NCBI GenBank assembly: GCA_963812015.1
Contig: CAWETI010000003.1
Location: 640,001 to 704,000, forward strand
Source: an uncultured delta proteobacterium
Lineage (GTDB): Bacteria; Desulfobacterota; Desulfobaccia; Desulfobaccales; 0-14-0-80-60-11
Length of the DNA stretch: 64,000 nt
Reading direction: 5' to 3'
The notes beneath the pieces were generated by a model that saw nothing but the letters and a program-made list of their open reading frames with translations, was not told where the DNA came from and made no database searches. Made by a program: the position numbers and the translations under genes. Shown here in pieces: positions 28,525 to 38,301 of the stretch. Numbering within the stretch: position 1 is the stretch's first letter; each line of letters begins with the position of its first letter.

Positions 28525-31500
28525 GTGCGTGTGATGGCCTCTATCCGGCCATTGGATCGGGTGGCCCACCCCCGGGTACTGGTGGTGGGCGGCGGCATTG
28601 CCGGCATCCAGGCCGCCCTGGAGGTGGCGGCCGCGGGGCTGCCGGTGATCCTGGCGGAAGCGGGCTTGTCCATCGGCGGCCAGATGGCCCAATTGGACAA
28701 GACCTTCCCCACCAACGACTGCGCCATGTGCATCCTGAGCCCCCGGATGCTGGAGATCTCCCGCCACCCCCTGATCACCATCCAGACGTCCACCCAGGTC
28801 TTGCAGGTCCGGGGCCAGGCCGGGGATTTTCAGGTCCTCCTAAGCCGGAGGCCCCGGTGGGTGGACGTGAGCAGATGCACCGGCTGCGGCGAGTGTGTCC
28901 GGGTGTGCCCCCAGAGTCTCCCGGACCCCTATAATCTCGGGTTCAGCCGGACCAAAGCCATTCACGTGCCCTTTCCCCAGGCCATCCCCCAGGCCGCCTC
29001 CATCACCCCGGAGGCCTGCCGGATTTTCCAGGGGAAGAGTTGCGAGGCCTGCGTCCAGGTCTGCCCGGCCGGGGCCATAAATCTTCAGGAGGGGACGGTG
29101 GAATGGACGGAGTCCGTGGGGGCCGTCATTGTCGCCGTGGGTGCGACCCCGGCGCCGGCCGGTGATTTCCCCGGCTATGGTCATCCCGACGTGGTGACCA
29201 GTCTGGAGTTCGAGCGGCTGCTGAGCGCCACCGGTCCCCAGGGCGGCAAGCTGCTGCGGCCGTCGGACCACACCGCACCCGCCCGCCTGGCCTTCATCCA
29301 GTGCGTGGGGTCCAGGGACCCCCAGGCCGGGGCGGCGTATTGTTCGGCCCTGTGCTGCATGTCCAGCCTCAAGGAAGCCCTGGTGGCCCGGGAAATCAGT
29401 CCCCCGGGGGTGGAATCCACCATTTTTTACATGGATTTAAGGGCCCAGGGCAAGGGGTACGAGGGTTATCTGGAGCAAGCCCGGAGTCGCGGCGTCAGCC
29501 TGGTCCGCTCCCGGGTGACTGCGGTAACTCCCCGGACCGAGGGCGGGGTGCTGGTGCGCTCCACCGACCCGCGGGGGCGCCCCCAGGAGCAGCCCTTTGA
29601 TATGGCGGTGCTGGCCGTGGGGCTCCGGGCCGGGGGCAAGCTGCCGGGGTTAGCCAGGTGCCTGGGACTGGAACTCAATGAACACGGGTTCATCAAGACC
29701 TCGGCGTTGCTGCCGGTTTCCACCACCCGGGAGGGAGTGCTGGTCTGCGGCACCGCCCGGGAGCCCATGGACATCCCCGAATCGGTGACCACCGCCTCCG
29801 CGGCGGCGGCGCTGGCCTCCCGGCTGCTCACGACCGCCAGCCGCACCTGGGCTCCCAAGGTTGCGCCGCCTCCCAGCCGGGGCGCGGATTTTCCGCCCCG
29901 AATCGGGGTTTTTCTCTGTCACTGCGGCACCAATATCGCCAAGACCATCGACCTGGCGCACCTGGCGACCAAGGTGGCGAAGCTCCCCGGGGTGGCCCAC
30001 GTGGAAGACAACCTGTTTTCCTGCGCGGTGGAATCCACTACCCGGATGCGGGAAACCATCCAGACCCTGGGGCTCAACCGGGTGGTGGTGGCCGCCTGCA
30101 GTCCCCGGACCCACGAAGGGGTGTTCCGGGAGGTCCTGGCCGCGGCCGGCCTGAACCCGGGCTACTTCGCCTTTGCCAACATCCGGGAACAGTGCGCCTG
30201 GGTCCATCAGACGGAGCCGGAGGCCGCCGGGGAAAAAGCCCTGGACCTCATCGCTATGGCGGTCTCCCGGGCGGCGGTGTTGTCCCCGATCAGGCCCCGG
30301 AGCTTTCCGGTGATTCCCCGGGCCCTGGTGCTGGGGGGCGGGGTGGCAGGCCTGAGCGCAGCGTTGACCCTGGCGGACCAGGGCTTTCACACCTACCTGG
30401 TGGAACGGGAAAGCACCCTGGGGGGACTGGCTCGGGAGCTGTTTTTTACCCTGGAAGGGCCGGACCCCCAGGACTTTCTCCACGCCCTCCAGGCCGCGGT
30501 CTACAGCCACCCCAATATTGAAGTCCATATCCAGACCGAACTGATCCGGGTCAAGGGGCATGTGGGGCAGTTTCAGAGCACCGTGCGCCGCCTCACCATG
30601 AACGGCTTCCAGGAGCGGGAACTTACCCACGGCGTCATCGTGGTGGCCACCGGGGGGCGGGAGTTTCAACCCCAGGGCCGCTATCTCTATGGGGAGGACC
30701 CCCGGGTGCTCACCCAGCGGGAGCTGGAGGGAAAGATCAATTTTAGCGACCTGGATTTGCCCAAAGTCCGGCAGGTGGTGATGATCCAGTGCGTCGGGTC
30801 CCGGGAGCCGGACCACCCCTATTGCAGCCGCCTGTGCTGCTCCCAGGCCCTCAAGAACGCCCTGTTGCTCAAGGAACGCTATCCCCTGATGGAGATTACC
30901 ATCCTCTATCGGGACATGCGGGCCTATGGGTTTCGGGAAAGTTACTATGTCAGGGCCAAGGACAAAGGGGTGGCATTTATTCCCTATGAAGCGGAGCGGC
31001 CTCCCCGCCTGAGCGCGGCCCGGCGGCGGCCCCTGACGGTTTGGGTCCAGGATGAGCTTTTGGGCCAGGAAGTGGCCCTGGCCGCGGACCTGGTGGTCTT
31101 GAGCACCGGGATCGAGCCGGCGGCGGGGAGCGATCAAGTAGCCCAACAGCTGAGGGTGTCCCAGACCCTGGACGGGTGGTTCCAGGAGGCCCATCAGAAA
31201 CTGCGGCCGGTGGATTCGGCCACCGAAGGGGTGTTTTTCTGCGGCATGGCCCACTATCCCAAGAGTTTAGGGGAAACCGCGGCCCAGGCCCAGGCCGCGG
31301 CCAGCCGGGCCGCGGGGATTCTCTTCCAGACGGAGCTGCTGGCGGGGGAGATGGTGGCCATGATCACCCCGGAGGCCTGCCGCCGCTGCCTGTCCTGTGT
31401 GGAGAACTGCCCCTTCGGGGCGGTGCAGGTGGTGGATACCAGACCGAAGGTGCGCCCGGAGCTCTGCCGGGGCTGCGGGGTCTGTGCGGCGGAATGTCCG

Positions 31501-31578
31501 GAGGGGGCCATCCACATGAGCCGGGGCAGCGATGCGGAGTTTGCCGTCCAGATTGAGGCGGCGATGGGGGGGAGTTGA
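28525..31578 (+). CDS. hdrA: Tandem (double FAD domain) HdrA-like flavoprotein
   Basis: [32 protein letters not shown] twice, GVFLCHCG.NI, VAACSPRTHE, NIREQC.WVH, C-terminal ferredoxin. Confidence 0.92.
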   Translation: MRVMASIRPLDRVAHPRVLVVGGGIAGIQAALEVAAAGLPVILAEAGLSIGGQMAQLDKTFPTNDCAMCILSPRMLEISRHPLITIQTSTQVLQVRGQAGDFQVLLSRRPRWVDVSRCTGCGECVRVCPQSLPDPYNLGFSRTKAIHVPFPQAIPQAASITPEACRIFQGKSCEACVQVCPAGAINLQEGTVEWTESVGAVIVAVGATPAPAGDFPGYGHPDVVTSLEFERLLSATGPQGGKLLRPSDHTAPARLAFIQCVGSRDPQAGAAYCSALCCMSSLKEALVAREISPPGVESTIFYMDLRAQGKGYEGYLEQARSRGVSLVRSRVTAVTPRTEGGVLVRSTDPRGRPQEQPFDMAVLAVGLRAGGKLPGLARCLGLELNEHGFIKTSALLPVSTTREGVLVCGTAREPMDIPESVTTASAAAALASRLLTTASRTWAPKVAPPPSRGADFPPRIGVFLCHCGTNIAKTIDLAHLATKVAKLPGVAHVEDNLFSCAVESTTRMRETIQTLGLNRVVVAACSPRTHEGVFREVLAAAGLNPGYFAFANIREQCAWVHQTEPEAAGEKALDLIAMAVSRAAVLSPIRPRSFPVIPRALVLGGGVAGLSAALTLADQGFHTYLVERESTLGGLARELFFTLEGPDPQDFLHALQAAVYSHPNIEVHIQTELIRVKGHVGQFQSTVRRLTMNGFQERELTHGVIVVATGGREFQPQGRYLYGEDPRVLTQRELEGKINFSDLDLPKVRQVVMIQCVGSREPDHPYCSRLCCSQALKNALLLKERYPLMEITILYRDMRAYGFRESYYVRAKDKGVAFIPYEAERPPRLSAARRRPLTVWVQDELLGQEVALAADLVVLSTGIEPAAGSDQVAQQLRVSQTLDGWFQEAHQKLRPVDSATEGVFFCGMAHYPKSLGETAAQAQAAASRAAGILFQTELLAGEMVAMITPEACRRCLSCVENCPFGAVQVVDTRPKVRPELCRGCGVCAAECPEGAIHMSRGSDAEFAVQIEAAMGGS

Positions 31579-31905
31579 GGACCGGCGGTGAATAATGGTC
31601 GGCAAAAGGTTGAAGCATAGTACAATATTTTCTAGAGGGCGAGATCAACAATAATTCAGGGGAGCATCCGATTGATAGAGAAAAGGCCGCTCTTGTGGGG
31701 GCGGGGCGCGAATCGCCCCTACGGAATGCTCCGATTGATAATTATGCAATGCAGGGGCGCACTGAGAGGGGCGAGATACAGGTTCCCCCTTACAAAAAAT
31801 TACAAAAAACTTGAACGTAATGGGTAGAAGTCCCGGCCGGGGCCGGTGACACTGCCCCTGGATTATCAAAGCTACCGGCTGCAGGCTTTTTACAGGAGAA
31901 CGGCC

Positions 31906-32322
31906 ATGAGAGAGAGTTATTGCGGTCTGTGTGACGATTGCCAGTTGGGCAACCCAGGCTTTATGGAGACGGTCTCCCGGCTGAAGGACTACCTAGGCCG
32001 GGTCCGGGGAAACGTCTGGGTTCACTGCTTCCCCGGCAAGGAAGGCTTCAGCCTGCCGGAGTTCAGGAAGGGGCTGGAGTGGTTTCTGGCCCACACCGAA
32101 TGTCCCGGCTGCCTGGAGGGACGGGGTCTGGAGGACTGTCCCGTCCGCCGGTGCGCCGAGGCCCGGCGGATCAAGCATTGCTATCAATGCCCGGACCTGG
32201 AGCCCTGCGACAAGTATGAGCTGCTCCTGGTGCAGTTTCCCGACGTGAAGGTCAACCTGCGGCGGCGCCAGTTGAAGTTCAAGGCGAGTGAGTATCACCG
32301 CAAATTGGAAGGGAAGAAATAG
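31906..32322 (+). CDS. Cys-rich DUF3795-like protein
   Basis: YCGLCDDC...CPGC.....C.VRRC.....HCYQC....PC; ATG 31906 after AGGAG. Confidence 0.7.
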   Translation: MRESYCGLCDDCQLGNPGFMETVSRLKDYLGRVRGNVWVHCFPGKEGFSLPEFRKGLEWFLAHTECPGCLEGRGLEDCPVRRCAEARRIKHCYQCPDLEPCDKYELLLVQFPDVKVNLRRRQLKFKASEYHRKLEGKK

Positions 32323-32472
32323 TAAGGCCGTAAGCGGAAAAATTCGGCCTCTCTCCTGTAGCCAAAGATTGAAGCCTGCTCTTTCTCTTTTCCAACCAGG
32401 ATCTTGGGAACCAAGCAGGATGAGCCATAATCTTTAGCAGTAAGAGCGTTTAAAGCAGTTACTCAAGGTGAC

Positions 32473-33315
32473 ATGATCCCCCGGGTGGTCAAACGCGAAA
32501 CCGACGCTTTGCTGGAATTGACGCTGAAGCTGTTCGTCGATAAGGTCGAGCTGCGCCTGGATAAGGGGCTGTGCATCAAGTGCGACATCTGCGCCAAAGT
32601 CTGCCCCCGGGAGGCGGTCATCATTATTCCCGGGGACGATGGCCTGGACATCACCATCGACCCCCGCCTCTGTCTGATGTGCGAAATCTGCGCCCATTTC
32701 TGCCCGGTGGCCGCGGTGACCCTGAGCTACAACGGCGAGGTCAAGACCATCATGGCGGACCACCAGGGGCTGGCGCCGTTTCTCCCCAAGATCGACATGG
32801 ACAAGAGCCGGTGCCTGCTGCCCTGCCCGACCCAGCCCGAGGGCGAGGAGCACTGGTGCCGCCAACAACTCCAGCTGGTCCCCAACGATCTGACGGAGTG
32901 CCCCAAGCAGTGCCGCAAGTGCCTGGCCGCCTGTCCCCGCCAGGCTATCGTCTTGGATGAGGCCGCGGGCCAGACCGTGCCTGCCCCCGACCTGTGTCTC
33001 CGATGCACCCAGTGTCTGACGGTGTGCCAGGAGGAGGCCATTATCGTCAATCCCCAGTTCCGGGGGCGCCTGGTCATCGACGACCACAAGTGCCCGCCGG
33101 ACTGCATGAAATGCATCGAATGGTGCCCGGTGAAGGCCATTGAGCGGGACGGGGACCGGGTCTTTTTTAAGGTGGAGAACTGCGCCTACTGCGGGGTCTG
33201 CGTCAACATCTGCGACGACGCGGCCATCACCCTGGTTCGGGAGGAAGTGGTGGCCGAGGCCGGGGAGTTTTCTCACGCTTGGGAAACGGCGGTGGGCAAG
33301 TTGGTAAATACATAA
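32473..33315 (+). CDS. fwdF: FwdF-like polyferredoxin
   Basis: About six CxxCxxCxxxC(P) motifs; N- and C-terminal segments (..S.AW..A..KL) resemble archaeal FwdF/FmdF. Confidence 0.7.
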   Translation: MIPRVVKRETDALLELTLKLFVDKVELRLDKGLCIKCDICAKVCPREAVIIIPGDDGLDITIDPRLCLMCEICAHFCPVAAVTLSYNGEVKTIMADHQGLAPFLPKIDMDKSRCLLPCPTQPEGEEHWCRQQLQLVPNDLTECPKQCRKCLAACPRQAIVLDEAAGQTVPAPDLCLRCTQCLTVCQEEAIIVNPQFRGRLVIDDHKCPPDCMKCIEWCPVKAIERDGDRVFFKVENCAYCGVCVNICDDAAITLVREEVVAEAGEFSHAWETAVGKLVNT

Positions 33316-33332
33316 GGGCGCATGGGGGCGCC

Positions 33333-35738
33333 ATGGTTATCATGAGCGAAGACCTGCGCATCGGCCTTTACATTTGCCACTGCGGGCACAATATCGCCGG
33401 GGTCGTCAGCCCTGTGGCCCTGGCGGACGCGGCCCGGGGTTGGCCGGGGGTGGCGGTGTGCCGGGATCATCTCTACTCCTGCTCCGAGGCGGGCCAGCGG
33501 GATATCGCCAAGGATATCCAGCAATTCGGCTTGAACCGCCTGGTGGTGGCGGCCTGCTCCCCCAAGCTGCACGAGCCCACCTTCCGGCGTCTCTTAGCCG
33601 ATAACGGGGTCAATCCCTATCTCCTGGCAATCGTCAATATCCGGGAGCATTGCTCCTGGGTCCACGCCCGGGAGCCGGAGGCTGCGTTGGCAAAGGCCCT
33701 GGAGCTGATCCGCATGGGGCTGGCCAAGGTGCGGGAGGCCTGCGCCCTTGCGGAGCGCCAGGTGCCCGTGACCCGGGCCGCCCTGGTGGTGGGCGGGGGC
33801 CCGGCGGGCCTGAGGGCCGCCCTGGACATCGCCCACGCCGGGATTCCCGTGACCCTGGTGGAACGCGCCCCCATCCTGGGAGGCATGGCCAACCGGTTGT
33901 ACAAGACCTTTCCTCAAGGCCAGAGCAGCTTGAGCCTCATCAATCCCATGATGGCGGCGGTGATGCTCCATCCCGGCATCACGGTGCTCACCGGCAGCTC
34001 CGTCACCGGGGTCAGCGGCCACCTGGGCAACTATAAGGTGACGGTGCGGCAAACCCGTGCCCGGGTCACGGAGGCCTGCGACCGCTGCGGGGAGTGCGCC
34101 GCGGTTTGCCCGGTAAAAGTGCCGGATGACCGGGAAGGGGGGCAGGGCCAGAGGACGGCCATTTACCTGCCGTCGCCCACGGCCTTTCCGGCCCGCTACG
34201 TGGTGGATTTGGCCCACTGCGACTGCTGCGGCCGATGTGTCCCGGCCTGCCCCCGCCAGGCCATCGATTTGGCGATCGAGGGGGAAGTCGACCTTAGCCT
34301 GGAGGTGGGGGGCATGGTGATGGCCACGGGCTTTAGGCCTTTTGAGCTGGCAGGCAGCCGCTATGAGACCTGGGCGGCGCTGCCCCAGGTCATCACCACC
34401 GTGGCCCTGGAACGCCGCTTGGCCCTCCAGGGGGCCGGCGGGGGCGGGGGGCTGCTCCCCGGTGTGGCCGCCGACCCCCGGGACATCGCCTTTGTCCTGT
34501 GCGTGGGCTCCCGGGAAGAAGAGGGCAACCGCTTCTGCTCCCGGGTCTGCTGCCCCACGGCCTTGAAGCAGGCCCTGGAATTGAAGGCTCTCCTGCCCCA
34601 GGCCCGCATCCGCATCTATTACCGGGATATCAGGGCCACCAAGAAGGAGTGGGAAGCCCTCTACACCCGGGCCCGGGAGGCGGGCATCATTTTCATGCGG
34701 GCCCGGGTGCGGGACATCCGGTCCGGTGAGGGGGGCCAGGTGGTGATCGAGGCGGACCAGGAATTAGGGCAGTGGGTGAGCCGGGACCGGGTGGACCTGG
34801 CGGTGCTGGCGGTGGGCATGACGCCGGGGGACGGGGTCGCCCTCAGGGAGGTGCTGAAGCTGCCGGTGGGGCCCGACGGTTTTTTCCTGGAGGCCCACCC
34901 CAAGCTGCGCCCCCTGGAGACGGTGCTGGACGGCATCTACCTGGCCGGGGCCTGCCAGGGTCCCAAAGACCTGGCCGATTCCATCACCCAGGGCTCCGGG
35001 GCCGCGGCCAAGATTCTGAGCCTCATGGCGCATGACACCATCACCCTGGACGGCCTGATATGCGAAGTGGACCCGGACCGGTGCATCGGCTGCGAGAGCT
35101 GTTACCAGGAATGCCCGTTCCAGGCGGTGGAAATGGTGGGGGAGGGGAAAGAACGCCGGGCCCGGATCATCAGCGCGGCCTGCAAGGGATGCGGGGTGTG
35201 CGCCGGGGCCTGTCCCAGCGGGGCGGTGATCGCCCGGGGCTTTACCGACGAGATGATTTTGGCCCAGGTCGATGAGGCCCTAGCGGCCAATCCCGAGGAA
35301 AAGATCCTGGCTTTCTGCTGCAACTGGTGCTCCTATGCCGGGGCGGATTTCGCCGGGGTGTCCCGGCTGCAATACCCCCCAGCGGTGCGGATCATCCGGA
35401 CCCTGTGCGCCGGGCGGGTCCATCCCAAGTTCATCCTCCATGCCTTTGAACAGGGGGCCGGCCAGGTGCTGGTCTCGGGCTGCCACCCGCCGGGAGACTG
35501 CCATTACGTGGCCGGGAACCTCAGGGCCCAGGCCCGGATCGAGAAGCTCAAACCCAAGCTGGCCAAGCAGGGCATCGACCCGGCGCGCCTGCGGCTGGAG
35601 TGGATTTCGGCCACGGAGGGCAAAAACTTTCAGCAAGTTATCCAGGAGATGGTTGAAAGGATAGGGACGAAAAGGGGGAAAGGCGAAAGGGCGAAAGGGG
35701 AAATGCGAGAATCAGATTTTTCAGAGCCGGAAGGTTAG
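33333..35738 (+). CDS. hdrA: HdrA-MvhD fusion protein
   Basis: IGLYICHCG.NIAG, VAACSPKLHE, GGGPAG, CVGSR..FCSRVCC, EAHPKLRP, ferredoxin, then MvhD FCCNWCSYAGAD..CAGRV..GCHPPGDCHY..WISA.EG. Confidence 0.92.
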   Translation: MVIMSEDLRIGLYICHCGHNIAGVVSPVALADAARGWPGVAVCRDHLYSCSEAGQRDIAKDIQQFGLNRLVVAACSPKLHEPTFRRLLADNGVNPYLLAIVNIREHCSWVHAREPEAALAKALELIRMGLAKVREACALAERQVPVTRAALVVGGGPAGLRAALDIAHAGIPVTLVERAPILGGMANRLYKTFPQGQSSLSLINPMMAAVMLHPGITVLTGSSVTGVSGHLGNYKVTVRQTRARVTEACDRCGECAAVCPVKVPDDREGGQGQRTAIYLPSPTAFPARYVVDLAHCDCCGRCVPACPRQAIDLAIEGEVDLSLEVGGMVMATGFRPFELAGSRYETWAALPQVITTVALERRLALQGAGGGGGLLPGVAADPRDIAFVLCVGSREEEGNRFCSRVCCPTALKQALELKALLPQARIRIYYRDIRATKKEWEALYTRAREAGIIFMRARVRDIRSGEGGQVVIEADQELGQWVSRDRVDLAVLAVGMTPGDGVALREVLKLPVGPDGFFLEAHPKLRPLETVLDGIYLAGACQGPKDLADSITQGSGAAAKILSLMAHDTITLDGLICEVDPDRCIGCESCYQECPFQAVEMVGEGKERRARIISAACKGCGVCAGACPSGAVIARGFTDEMILAQVDEALAANPEEKILAFCCNWCSYAGADFAGVSRLQYPPAVRIIRTLCAGRVHPKFILHAFEQGAGQVLVSGCHPPGDCHYVAGNLRAQARIEKLKPKLAKQGIDPARLRLEWISATEGKNFQQVIQEMVERIGTKRGKGERAKGEMRESDFSEPEG

Positions 35739-35746
35739 GAGGATAT

Positions 35747-35950
35747 ATGCCCTTTGTCAACATCAAGATCACCAAAGATGGCGCGACCCCGGAACAGAAA
35801 GCCGAACTCATTAAGGGAGTTACCGATCTGCTGGTGAAAGTGCTCCAGAAGAATCCCGCCACCACTGTGGTGCTGATCGAAGAAGTGGACACCGACAATT
35901 GGGGGATCGGGGGAGAGACGGTAACCGCGAGAAGGGGTAAAGGCAAGTAG
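35747..35950 (+). CDS. 4-oxalocrotonate tautomerase family protein
   Basis: N-terminal Pro (MPFVNIKI), T.EQK..LI..VT, WGIGG; AGGAGG RBS. Confidence 0.9.
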   Translation: MPFVNIKITKDGATPEQKAELIKGVTDLLVKVLQKNPATTVVLIEEVDTDNWGIGGETVTARRGKGK

Positions 35951-36098
35951 CGTTAAATCGTCCATTCTAGGTAATATGCTGCGCAGTATGCGCTCACCAG
36001 TGAGGCCGCGATTAGCCAATCCTTAACCTTGGCTGAATGCGGGAAGCTGACCGCTGATAGCTGATACAAAGGGCTGCGGCGACGGATTGAAACCAAAA

Positions 36099-37703
36099 AT
36101 GACCCGGCGTAAAGTGCTCATATGCCCCTGTCCCGACCTGGCGATTGATGGCCGGGAACTGGCGGCGCGGCTGAAGGAGATGGGCGTGCCGGCCGAGCTG
36201 GGGCCGCCGCTGTGCACGCCGGACGGTTTGGCCCGGCTCAAAAAACTTACGGCAGCCAAGGCCGGGACCTGGCTGGTGGCCGCCTGCGGGCCGGAGATCC
36301 ATGCCGGCTTTTTGCCGGAGCCGGTGGTGGATGTGCGGTCCTGTGCCGATCTTTCGACCGCAATGGGGGCCCTGACCCTGGCCCTTTCGGCCCCGGAGGC
36401 GCCGGAACCTCCGGCCGGCCCGGTCTGCCGAGAGGTGCTGGTGGTGGGCGGGGGCGTGGGGGGGAGCCAGGCGGCCCTGGATCTGGCCAACGCCGGGTTC
36501 AAGGTCTACCTGGCCGAGTCTTCGCTCTCCATCGGCGGCACCATGGCCCAGTTGGACAAGACCTTCCCCACCCTGGATTGCTCCATCTGCATCCTGGGGC
36601 CGAAACTGGTGGAGGTGGCCGCCCATCCCAACATCGAGCTGCTCAGCTATGCCAGTCTCAGCCACATTGCGGGCCAAGCCGGGGGGTTTGAGGTGGAAGT
36701 CACCATCAAGCCCCGCTACGTGAACATGAGCAAGTGCGTGGGGTGCGGGACCTGCACCACAGTGTGCCCGGTGATCGTGCCCAGCCGCTGGAATCTGGGG
36801 CTCAAGCCCCGGAAATGCATCCGGATCATCTTCGCCCAGGCGGTGCCGCTCAGGGCCACCATTGAAAAGGACTACTGCATCGATTGCCAGATGTGCGTCC
36901 AGGCCTGCGAGCATCAGGCCATCAACCTCCTGTACCATCTCAGCCAGCGGCGCCTGACGGTGGGCGCCATTGTCCTGGCCACCGGAGCGCACCCCTTTGA
37001 CCCCAGCATCAAGAGCGAGTACGGCTATGGCCGCATCGCCGGAGTGGTGACCAATTTGGAGTTCGAGCGCATCGTCTGCGCCACCGGTCCCACTTTGGGC
37101 AGCCTGGTATCTCCCGGAGGCCGGCCGGTGAAACGCCTGGCCTTCATCCAGTGCGTGGGCTCCCGGGACCGGCGCTTCCTGCCCTATTGCTCCGGTTATT
37201 GCTGCACCGCCTCCATCAAGGAAGCCATGCTGGCCCTGGAACATGAGCCGGACTGCGAAGTCACCATTTTCTACAACGATATCCGCACCTCCGGCAAAGG
37301 CTTTGAAGAGTTGTACCTGCGGGCCAGGGCGGCGGGGGTCCGGTTCATCAAGGGGCTGCCGGGGCGCATCACTGAGGACGGCGAGGGGAGGCCGGTCATC
37401 TGCTATGAAGACCAGGAGAGGGGAGGGCGGCGGCAGCTGGCCGTGGATATGGCGGTGCTGGCGTTGGGGTTAGAGGCTCCGGGGGATCTCCTGCCCTTTG
37501 CGGACCGGGGCCCGGCCCGAGACGGGCTGGGCTTTTACCAGGAGCGCCACCCCATCCTGCACCCCCTGGAGTCCACCGTGCCGGGAGTCTTTCTGGCGGG
37601 AACCTGCCAGGGACCCCGGGACATCGCCGAAACCGTGTGCCAGGGGAGCGGGGTGGCGGCCCGGGTCATCCGGCTGTTGACCGGGCTCAACGGGAAAAGC
37701 TGA
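36099..37703 (+). CDS. hdrA: Short HdrA-like flavoprotein (no C-terminal ferredoxin)
   Basis: VVGGGVGG, LDKTFPTLDCSIC, inserted CVGCGTC..VCP / CIDCQMC, QCVGSRD..YCSGYCC, AGTCQGPRDI. Confidence 0.9.
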   Translation: MTRRKVLICPCPDLAIDGRELAARLKEMGVPAELGPPLCTPDGLARLKKLTAAKAGTWLVAACGPEIHAGFLPEPVVDVRSCADLSTAMGALTLALSAPEAPEPPAGPVCREVLVVGGGVGGSQAALDLANAGFKVYLAESSLSIGGTMAQLDKTFPTLDCSICILGPKLVEVAAHPNIELLSYASLSHIAGQAGGFEVEVTIKPRYVNMSKCVGCGTCTTVCPVIVPSRWNLGLKPRKCIRIIFAQAVPLRATIEKDYCIDCQMCVQACEHQAINLLYHLSQRRLTVGAIVLATGAHPFDPSIKSEYGYGRIAGVVTNLEFERIVCATGPTLGSLVSPGGRPVKRLAFIQCVGSRDRRFLPYCSGYCCTASIKEAMLALEHEPDCEVTIFYNDIRTSGKGFEELYLRARAAGVRFIKGLPGRITEDGEGRPVICYEDQERGGRRQLAVDMAVLALGLEAPGDLLPFADRGPARDGLGFYQERHPILHPLESTVPGVFLAGTCQGPRDIAETVCQGSGVAARVIRLLTGLNGKS

Positions 37704-37746
37704 GCGACCGGCGCTAACCGCGTCAGCAGGTTTCGCCTGATTAAAG

Positions 37747-37775
37747 TTGACAGTTCCGGGGCAAATTTATATATT
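37747..37775 (+). promoter_or_regulatory. sigma70 promoter of the riboswitch leader
   Basis: TTGACA-17 nt-TATATT immediately upstream of riboswitch P1. Confidence 0.7.
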
Positions 37776-37781
37776 CTATCA

Positions 37782-37940
37782 TCCGGGTACCCTTCGGGGT
37801 TTAATGGGGAAGACGGCAGAGCCGTCGCGGTCCCGCCGCTGTGACCGGGGACGAACCCTGCACGAGGCCACTGTTCCACCGAAGTGGGATGGGAAGGCGC
37901 AGGCACTAGGTTGATCCGGGAGCCAGAAGACCTGCCCGGA
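37782..37940 (+). ncRNA. Cobalamin (B12) riboswitch
   Basis: AATGGGGAA, CCCGCCGCTGTGA, GCCACTG, GGGAAGGC, B12 box AGCCAGAAGACCTGCC; P1 TCCGGG/CCCGGA; upstream of btu/cbi operon. Confidence 0.95.
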
Positions 37941-38026
37941 GGTCTGGAGCCAGCCTAAGCCTGGCCCAGGCACAGGAGTCGCTCCGGACAAGCGGCCCCT
38001 CATTTAAGGATAAAGAAGCTGGGTGC

Positions 38027-38061
38027 ATCCTTAAGTCCATTGGGACTTAAGGATTTTTTTT
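38027..38061 (+). terminator. Riboswitch-controlled intrinsic terminator
   Basis: ATCCTTAAGTCC-ATTG-GGACTTAAGGAT plus T tract; upstream TTAAGGAT (~38004-38011) could act as antiterminator. Confidence 0.85.
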
Positions 38062-38157
38062 CGCCCAGAGGATGCCGAGGACCAGGCAATGACGCCCCGG
38101 CGGGTTCAGGCCATTCGGGCCTTCCGGACCACCTGGATGAGGCGCTGAAGACTCTCA

Positions 38158-38295
38158 TACCAAGTTGCGCTCATAGAAGTAAGAAAAGCTATTGTAGGGA
38201 CATACCTGGCGTGTGCGCCCTCTTGAGGGCGGACACATGGGTCCGCCCCTACAAAAGAATTAAAGGTAAACTACCTATTTGAACGCGACTTGGTA
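38158..38295. mobile_element. MITE family A copy (TCA duplication) with REP doublet in reverse orientation
   Basis: TACCAAGTTGCGCTCA...TGAACGCGACTTGGTA, TCA on both flanks; internal GGGCGGACACATGGGTCCGCCCCTAC. Confidence 0.8.
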
Positions 38296-38301
38296 TCAAT
38301 C

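Noticed and set aside
24000..37703. Evidence of methanogenesis or an archaeal contig
   Set aside because: Surrounding genes (OM beta-barrels, FtsK, sigma70 promoters, BirA box) are bacterial; there is no mcr/mtr, and the Fwd catalytic residues appear absent.
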